DNA of 64,000 nucleotides, taken from NCBI GenBank assembly GCA_963422265.1, contig OY729416.1:1536001-1600000 (forward strand), read 5' to 3'. Made by a program: the position numbers and the translations under genes. This document shows, piece by piece, positions 57,520 to 64,000 of this stretch (the first letter of the stretch is position 1; the number at the start of each line of letters is the position of its first letter). The DNA comes from Thermodesulfobacteriota bacterium (lineage in GTDB: Bacteria > Desulfobacterota_D > UBA1144 > Nemesobacterales > UBA2774). Below the pieces are notes generated by a model, which had not been told where the DNA came from, ran no database searches, and saw nothing but the letters and a program-made list of their open reading frames with translations.

Positions 57520-59553
57520 TTATTTTTCCATATTCAATACGTCTTTCGCTTTGTCAACAACGTGCTTAACTGTAAATCCGAACTCGCGCCATATCTCCGC
57601 CACGGGCGCCGATTCTCCAAAAGTATCCACGCCTATTACTGCCCCTTTATCACCGATGTATTTACTCCAGCCCAAGGTTGAGCCTGCTTCAACGGATACC
57701 CTCGCTTTAACCGAAGAGGGCAAGACCTCTTCCCAATAATCTTGCCCCTGTTTTTCGTAAAGAGACCAGCATGGCATACTCACCACTCGGGCTTTAATCC
57801 CCTGATTTTTTAACTCCTCATAGGCTCCGAGGCATAATTGAACCTCAGAACCGGTCCCTATTAGTATAACGTCAGGCATTCCTTCGGCATCGGCTATTAC
57901 GTATGCACCCTTTAACGATGCGTCAGCCGGGGCGTATTCAGTTCGGTCAATCGTGGGCACGTTTTGACGAGTAAGAATAAGGGCTACGGGGTGGTCTTTT
58001 ACCTCCATAACGTGCTTCCACATGACTCTAAGCTCATTGGCGTCGGATGGTCTGATTACGTCTATATTAGGCATAGCTCTTAGCGAGGCGAGGTGCTCTA
58101 TAGGCTGGTGGGTTGGTCCGTCCTCGCCCAGACCTATGCTATCGTGCGTAAATATATAAATAACGGGAATCCGCATCAGGCAAGATAACCTTATAGTTGG
58201 TCTCATGTAATCGGAGAAAACAAAATAAGTAGAAGAGTAGGCTCTCAACTTACCTAAAACCATACCGTTAACAACGGTCGCCATAGCGTTTTCTCTGACG
58301 CCAAAGTGGAAGTTCCTCCCACTATACGCGTTCTTTGCGAAGCTGTCGGTTTCACTAAGATAAGTTTTCGTTGATGATCCGACGTCCGCCGCACCACCCA
58401 AAAGCCAGGGAATATTCTTGCCAATTGCGTTTAATATCTTGCCGTTTGAGCTCCTGGTAGCTGTTCCCCTAGGATCAGCCGAAAAAGATGGTAAACACTT
58501 CTCCCAGTCTTTCGGTATCTCTACGTTGTCAATCATCTTAAACTGCTTTGCCAAATCAGGGTATTCAAGCTCATACCTAGAAAACATCTTGTTCCACTCG
58601 TGCTCGGCGCACTTACCCCTCTCTAGTATCTCTTTTCTGTATTTACTTATCTCGTCAGGAACGTAGAAACTTTCTTCCACACCCCACCCGTAGTTAATTT
58701 TAGTCTTTTTGATTTCATCCTCTCCTAAGGGTTCTCCATGCGCGGATGAAGTATCTTGTTTATTGGGACTTCCATAACCGATGTGACTATCCACTATTAT
58801 AAGGGAGGGTTGTCCTTCCTTTCTCAATGCTCCGTCTAGTACTTCTTCAAGAAGTGCTAAGTTATTAGCATTTCCTACGTGCCTCACGCTCCAGTTATAC
58901 GCCATGAATCTGGCAGCTACGTCCTCACTAAATGCAAGCCCTATATTTCCCTCGATGGTTATACGGTTGCTATCGTAAATCCAGATTAGGTTGTCAAGTC
59001 CTAGGTGACCTGCTAGTGAAGCGGCTTCGCTAGAAATTCCCTCCATCATACAGCCGTCGCCACCTAGCGCGAAAACGCTGTAGTTGATTAGCTCGTGGTC
59101 GGGGCGGTTAAAATAAGCCGCAAGCCACTTCTCAGCAATTGCCATTCCTACAGAGGTGGCGTAGCCCTGCCCCAGGGGTCCGGTTGTGCTCTCAACTCCG
59201 GGTGCTAAACCATATTCGGGGTGACCTGCACACTTGCTATGCAGCTGCCGAAACGTTTTTAGATCATCCAGAGACACGTCAAAGCCGGTAATGTGAAGAA
59301 TACTATATAAAAGCATGGACGCATGACCTGCTGAAAGCACAAAGCGGTCTCGGTTGGGCCAATCAGGATTCTCAGGATTGAACCGCATAAACTTATCCCA
59401 GACGGAGTATGCTACCGGAGCCATCGACATGGGGGTTCCGGGGTGACCCGAGTTAGCCTTCTGCACGGCGTCCATAGAAAGGGTCCTTATCGTGTTGATA
59501 ATTAGCTGTTCAAGCTCACTTCGCTTCGTCGTCGGCTTAGCCTCCATTGCCAA
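57520..59553 (-). CDS. tkt: transketolase
   Basis: SGHPG, RDRFVLSAGH, GDGCMMEG, HDSIGLGEDGPTHQP. Confidence 0.97.
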   Translation of the reverse strand: MAMEAKPTTKRSELEQLIINTIRTLSMDAVQKANSGHPGTPMSMAPVAYSVWDKFMRFNPENPDWPNRDRFVLSAGHASMLLYSILHITGFDVSLDDLKTFRQLHSKCAGHPEYGLAPGVESTTGPLGQGYATSVGMAIAEKWLAAYFNRPDHELINYSVFALGGDGCMMEGISSEAASLAGHLGLDNLIWIYDSNRITIEGNIGLAFSEDVAARFMAYNWSVRHVGNANNLALLEEVLDGALRKEGQPSLIIVDSHIGYGSPNKQDTSSAHGEPLGEDEIKKTKINYGWGVEESFYVPDEISKYRKEILERGKCAEHEWNKMFSRYELEYPDLAKQFKMIDNVEIPKDWEKCLPSFSADPRGTATRSSNGKILNAIGKNIPWLLGGAADVGSSTKTYLSETDSFAKNAYSGRNFHFGVRENAMATVVNGMVLGKLRAYSSTYFVFSDYMRPTIRLSCLMRIPVIYIFTHDSIGLGEDGPTHQPIEHLASLRAMPNIDVIRPSDANELRVMWKHVMEVKDHPVALILTRQNVPTIDRTEYAPADASLKGAYVIADAEGMPDVILIGTGSEVQLCLGAYEELKNQGIKARVVSMPCWSLYEKQGQDYWEEVLPSSVKARVSVEAGSTLGWSKYIGDKGAVIGVDTFGESAPVAEIWREFGFTVKHVVDKAKDVLNMEK

Positions 59554-59839
59554 TCCCCTTGGAATGATTTTTATCCTTGAGATGAGTATTTATGAAACAT
59601 GTTAATTTATCGTTAAGAGTCAACAAATTAATAAGCTGTAGATGTTGTTTTCAATTATTTGGGGAGTATGCAAAATTACGATAATCAGCAGAACAACCCG
59701 CTAGTATCAAGAAAACGCCATATCCACAAACTTCATGGCTCATAAGTATTACCGTTCCTCAGTCCGTATTCGTTTATTCGGAGTACTAATAATGTTTATT
59801 GTAATTTACGTTTGAGCTTTTTCAAGAAAAGCCACGGAG

Positions 59840-60613
59840 CTAAAGTTCAACGGCGAGCGCTGCTCCTACAATACCAGCATTATTAAGCATTTCTGCAGGC
59901 GCTATATCAGCAGTTACGTCTAAATACTCAAAGAATTTATCTGAATGTTTGCTAACCCCTCCACCTATAATGAATAAATCTGGAGAAACGAGTTTTTCCA
60001 CAGCTTGCAAATACTTGTTAACCCTTTCACCCCATTTTTTCCAGCTCAGTCCTTCCCGCTTCCTTCGACTTGCCGCCGCTCGCCTCTCAGCATCCTTGCC
60101 ATCTATCTCAATATGACCTAATTCCGTGTTACTAACTAAATGTCCATCAACAAAAAGCGCGGTTCCTATTCCCGTTCCGAGAGTAATCATTAGCACAACC
60201 CCGCCGCCGTGACAGTTATGCTTCCTGCCTGCTCCAAACTTCATCTCGGCAAGCCCTGCCGAGTCAGCATCGTTTATTGCAACCACTTTGCGAGAAGACG
60301 TGCTCTCAATCGCTTTCTGAACGTTTATACCAATCCATTCCTGGGAAAGATTAGCGGTGAAATGAACATTGCCATCGCATTTGATTACTCCTGGAAAACC
60401 GCACCCTATACGCCCCTGCCACTTCCAGCGTTCAATAAGTTCTTCAAGCACAGAAAAGATAGCTGCTGGCTTTGGAGGCTGAGGAGTAGCGATACGAAAT
60501 CTCTCGTCAAGTAAAAACCCCTTCATTATATCAACGGGGGCGGCTTTAATTCCCGTTCCTCCGATATCTATTCCGAGGACGCCAGGTTCCACGTCAATAT
60601 TTTTCTTAACCAT
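59840..60613 (-). CDS. ppgK: polyphosphate glucokinase (ROK family)
   Basis: [49 protein letters not shown]. Confidence 0.9.
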   Translation of the reverse strand: MVKKNIDVEPGVLGIDIGGTGIKAAPVDIMKGFLLDERFRIATPQPPKPAAIFSVLEELIERWKWQGRIGCGFPGVIKCDGNVHFTANLSQEWIGINVQKAIESTSSRKVVAINDADSAGLAEMKFGAGRKHNCHGGGVVLMITLGTGIGTALFVDGHLVSNTELGHIEIDGKDAERRAAASRRKREGLSWKKWGERVNKYLQAVEKLVSPDLFIIGGGVSKHSDKFFEYLDVTADIAPAEMLNNAGIVGAALAVEL

Positions 60614-60733
60614 AATAAAGTTCCTGTGTAAGCTGCGCTTTTTAATTCTACACTAATCATAATCCACGTTGAAAAATCACGTGGTAAAGCTTTACATATT
60701 AGCGGTCTATTTCATTCATGCTATACTCATGCC

Positions 60734-61447
60734 GTGGGTAAAGCTGCATTAGTAACCGGTGGAAGCAAACGGCTAGGAAGAGCTATATCTCTTTACCTCG
60801 CTCGTAGAGGGTACGATATAGCCATTCACTACAACCAATCAAGTGCCAATGCTAAAGAAACCGCTAGTATAATTAAAGAAAAAGGCGGAAAGTGCAAAAT
60901 TTTTCAGTCGGACTTAAACGATGTAAAACAAGCTCGCGTCCTTGCTCTGGAGGTGCTCGAAGCTTTTCCACGATGCGCTATCCTCGTGAACAGCGCGTCA
61001 GTATTTGAAAACATAGGTTTTCACGAAACTACGGAGGAGACGTTTGATAGAGATTTTAACGTTAACTTTAAGTCCCCCTTTTTTCTCTCACAAGATTTTA
61101 GTAAAGGATCGGGTGCAAAACTAATTATCAACATGCTGGATACGCGAGTTAACAAAACTGAGACAGCTTACTTTACCTATAACCTTAGTAAGAAGGTGTT
61201 TAGGGACTTTACCCTTGCGGCGGCTAGATCGCTCGGCCCAAAAATCAGGGTGAACGCCATATGTCCAGGAGCTATCCTTCCACCACCAGATAAAGGCGTT
61301 GAGTATATCGAGAAGATGACGAGGCGCATTCCACTTCAATCACCGGGTGATCCAAATCACGTAGTCACTGCGGTAAAATACATACTGGACAATCCCTTTG
61401 TTACTGGAGAATGTCTATTTGTCGATGGAGGTGAGCGTCTCACTTAA
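60734..61447 (+). CDS. pteridine reductase-like SDR (FolM/PTR1 type)
   Basis: TGGSKRLG (Arg variant), YNLSK; operon with folB and folK. Confidence 0.85.
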   Translation: MGKAALVTGGSKRLGRAISLYLARRGYDIAIHYNQSSANAKETASIIKEKGGKCKIFQSDLNDVKQARVLALEVLEAFPRCAILVNSASVFENIGFHETTEETFDRDFNVNFKSPFFLSQDFSKGSGAKLIINMLDTRVNKTETAYFTYNLSKKVFRDFTLAAARSLGPKIRVNAICPGAILPPPDKGVEYIEKMTRRIPLQSPGDPNHVVTAVKYILDNPFVTGECLFVDGGERLT

Positions 61448-61458
61448 CTCTTAAAACC

Positions 61459-61806
61459 ATGATAATAAAGATTGAAAACCTAAGGCTAAAGACCATTGTC
61501 GGCATTTACAAATGGGAAAAGAAAATCAAGCAAGACGTTATAATAAACGTTGAGATGGAATTTGATGGCTCAAAAGCAGTAGAAACGGATAACATCAAGG
61601 ATACGGTTGATTACAAGACTATAACAAAAAAAATAATAGCGATGGTAGAGGAAAGGGAATTTAATCTTATTGAAAGGATCACGGGCGAAGTTATGAATAT
61701 AGTCACGGAAAATGAAAGGGTAAGAAGAGCTATTGTAAAAATTGATAAGCCCGGGGCGATTCGATTCGCTGACTCCGTCTCCGCTACGCACATTATGAAA
61801 CGCTAG
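61459..61806 (+). CDS. folB: dihydroneopterin aldolase/epimerase family protein
   Basis: VGIYKWE..Q, TVDY, LIE, KPGA. Confidence 0.85.
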   Translation: MIIKIENLRLKTIVGIYKWEKKIKQDVIINVEMEFDGSKAVETDNIKDTVDYKTITKKIIAMVEEREFNLIERITGEVMNIVTENERVRRAIVKIDKPGAIRFADSVSATHIMKR

Positions 61807-61821
61807 TCTAAATTCAAGGCT

Positions 61822-62223
61822 ATGAAGCTGAACAAAGTAGTGATAGGGATAGGATCAAATATTAATCCTGATAAGAACGTCGAACGGGCTAAGTATGCAA
61901 TAGCGCAAACGCACAAGCTCGTAAAGACCTCAAGATTCGTCAAGACCAAACCCGTTGGTTATGAAGATCAAGACAGCTTTATCAATGGTGCCTTGCTTAT
62001 AGAAACTTATATGGACATTGCTACTATAAAGTCATGGCTAAAGGGCTTAGAAATACGGTTAGGAAGAATCAAAACTGACAATAAAAACGGACCCAGAACG
62101 ATTGATCTTGACGTGTTATTATGGAACGGCACAGTAATTGACAGGGACGTCTATGAGAGAGAATTTTTGCAAATATCTATAAAGGAGCTGCTTCCGGATG
62201 CTCCCCTCATGCATTCCGCATAA
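61822..62223 (+). CDS. folK: 6-hydroxymethyl-7,8-dihydropterin pyrophosphokinase
   Basis: IGIGSNI, FINGA, GPRTIDLDVL. Confidence 0.93.
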   Translation: MKLNKVVIGIGSNINPDKNVERAKYAIAQTHKLVKTSRFVKTKPVGYEDQDSFINGALLIETYMDIATIKSWLKGLEIRLGRIKTDNKNGPRTIDLDVLLWNGTVIDRDVYEREFLQISIKELLPDAPLMHSA

Positions 62224-62234
62224 TATGCCTGGAG

Positions 62235-63956
62235 CTATTCGTAACTCTGTATGTTATATAAGCCTGAATAAATTCCATCATTAGCCATAAGGCTCTCGTG
62301 CCTTCCCATCTCAACCAGAATTCCCTTTTCAAATACAGCGATCGAATCAAAACTGCTTATAGATGGGACGCGGCTAGATATGACTAAAAGTGTTCTACCC
62401 CTCATTTCTCTCCTTAGGTTTCTAAGAACTAGGCTCTCGGTCTTAAAATCCAGTGAAGAAAACACGTCATCTAGTATTAGCACTCTTGGCTTCATAAGAA
62501 TCGCCCTTGAGAGTGCTATCCTTTGCCTCTGCCCGCCCGAAAGGCTAAGCCCCCTCTCTCCGACAATGGTGTCAAACCCTCCTGGAAATGCGATTATCTC
62601 CTCATATATGCTCGCTACCTTCGCAGCGCCCTCAATATCCGAATCCTTAACACTGGGATTCATAAATGCGATATTATCTCTTATTGTTCCGCTAAATACC
62701 GTAGTCTCTTGGGGAACGTAAACTATCCCGTTTCGCAAAGCCACCTTTTTTATCTTTTTTACATCTATTCCATCAATGAATAAGGAGCCTTCCGGAGGTT
62801 CTTTGATCCTCGTAAGAAGATGAATAAGAGTGCTTTTTCCCGAACCAGTTCTCCCAGTAATACCTACCATTTCTCCCGCGGGAATCTTAAATGACACGTC
62901 CTCTAATATCCTTTTACCGTTATAAGAAAAGTTGAGATTCTTAATTTCGATACTGCCGCGAACGTTGTGGTCTATCAGCCCCGGCTCGAGAGGGAATTTT
63001 GGTTTTATCATAAACACGTCGTTTATTCTATTTAAGGAGGCATTCCCACGTTTCATTATATCAACTGCCCACCCCATCGCCATCATAGGCCAGGTAAGCA
63101 TCGTCAGATAAACGAGTATGGCAGCAAAATCACCTAACGTTACACCAAGAGTAATAGTGCTTATTCCACCAATCCACAGGAAGATAGCCGTCGTGCTAGC
63201 TGCGAAAAAAGTTATTATCGGCTGATAAACTCCCCATATCTTAATTAAATGTAGATTCCTACTAAGGTAGTCTTCACTTGACCTCTCAAAATCCCTTTCT
63301 TCATTCTTTTCCCTCACGAACGCTTTAACAACCTTGATTGCCGATACCGATTCTCTAGCGCTTTCGGTAAGCGTTGAGAATGAATCCTGCACGCTCTGGA
63401 ATCTTTTCTCAATCATCTTTCCGAACTTATATATGATAAAGCCCAGCAATGGGAATGGTATGAAGGCATATAGGGTAAGTTCTGGCGAGATATAAAACAT
63501 GGCACAGAAGATAAAAATCAAAAGGAATACCCCGTCATAGGCGATAAGCACGCCTAAACCGCAAGCGAACTTTAACGTCTCTATGTCATTTACGGTATGA
63601 GCCATTAGGTCGCCGACTTTCCTTTCTGAAAAGAAGTCGAAATTAAGGCTCTGAAGGTGCGCGAAGAAATCATTTCTGACAGACTGCTCTATTTTTCTGG
63701 CTGAACCCATTATAAAGTAACGCCACGCAAATCTGAAGATCGACATCACTATGGCAATACCTATAATAACAAGCCCAAGTTGGCTTATACTATCAGCATC
63801 CGCGTTTTCCAACGTGAGAATGTCAACGATCCACTTAATCACAAGTGGGATTGAAAGCTGGCAAATATCTACGACGGAAAGCGCAAGTAGTCCCGCTAGA
63901 AATGAATATCTATAATTTAGTAGTAATGATAAGAGGGTCCTTTTTTTACTCATCAC
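62235..63956 (-). CDS. ABC exporter, fused permease/ATPase (MdlA-like)
   Basis: TM domain, GRTGSGKST, LSGGQRQR, LILDD. Confidence 0.92.
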   Translation of the reverse strand: MMSKKRTLLSLLLNYRYSFLAGLLALSVVDICQLSIPLVIKWIVDILTLENADADSISQLGLVIIGIAIVMSIFRFAWRYFIMGSARKIEQSVRNDFFAHLQSLNFDFFSERKVGDLMAHTVNDIETLKFACGLGVLIAYDGVFLLIFIFCAMFYISPELTLYAFIPFPLLGFIIYKFGKMIEKRFQSVQDSFSTLTESARESVSAIKVVKAFVREKNEERDFERSSEDYLSRNLHLIKIWGVYQPIITFFAASTTAIFLWIGGISTITLGVTLGDFAAILVYLTMLTWPMMAMGWAVDIMKRGNASLNRINDVFMIKPKFPLEPGLIDHNVRGSIEIKNLNFSYNGKRILEDVSFKIPAGEMVGITGRTGSGKSTLIHLLTRIKEPPEGSLFIDGIDVKKIKKVALRNGIVYVPQETTVFSGTIRDNIAFMNPSVKDSDIEGAAKVASIYEEIIAFPGGFDTIVGERGLSLSGGQRQRIALSRAILMKPRVLILDDVFSSLDFKTESLVLRNLRREMRGRTLLVISSRVPSISSFDSIAVFEKGILVEMGRHESLMANDGIYSGLYNIQSYE

Positions 63957-64000
63957 AATAAATCCGTTGTAGTCTAGCAGCTTTGTTATAGACCTTAATG

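Overview
Bacterial chromosomal window, mostly housekeeping genes: ybeY, two CNNM/CBS proteins, thiL, comM, mlaD, purH, nagZ-anmK-murQ, leuB, mfd, a SurA-like PPIase, Hsp20, groES/groEL, tsaC, uvrD/pcrA, nth, nuoJKL, glnB-glnA, gcvT/H, the pentose-phosphate cluster tkt/tal-pgi/rpiA/rpe, ppgK, SDR-folB-folK and an ABC exporter. The proteins look deltaproteobacterial-like, possibly Ca. Dadabacteria; this is an impression, not a search result. There are three accessory regions. (1) A three-gene cassette at 4033-5800 ends in a small ADP-ribosyltransferase/RES-like protein. (2) A ~12 kb minus-strand defence island (24095-35830) is built on a type I restriction-modification operon carrying NYN, Fic, TcmP and DUF5131 genes. 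(3) A decayed EcoRV-like type II R-M pair lies at 41459-42500. The strongest candidate for an undescribed system is in the island: a sigma70-type promoter precedes a ~170-nt RNA with two ~52-nt GC-rich hairpin repeats, a 61-nt spacer and a U-tract, directly upstream of an intact NYN (PIN-fold) RNase gene. This is the layout of an RNA-antitoxin (type III-like) or RNA-associated nuclease system, but with a nuclease family I do not know from such systems. Also notable are short palindromic elements inserted in-frame into many genes, extreme C-depletion on the coding strand of groESL, and a promoter motif shared by the two heat-shock loci. No rRNA, tRNA, integrase, transposase or canonical CRISPR array was recognised. 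All family assignments come from motif recognition by eye.
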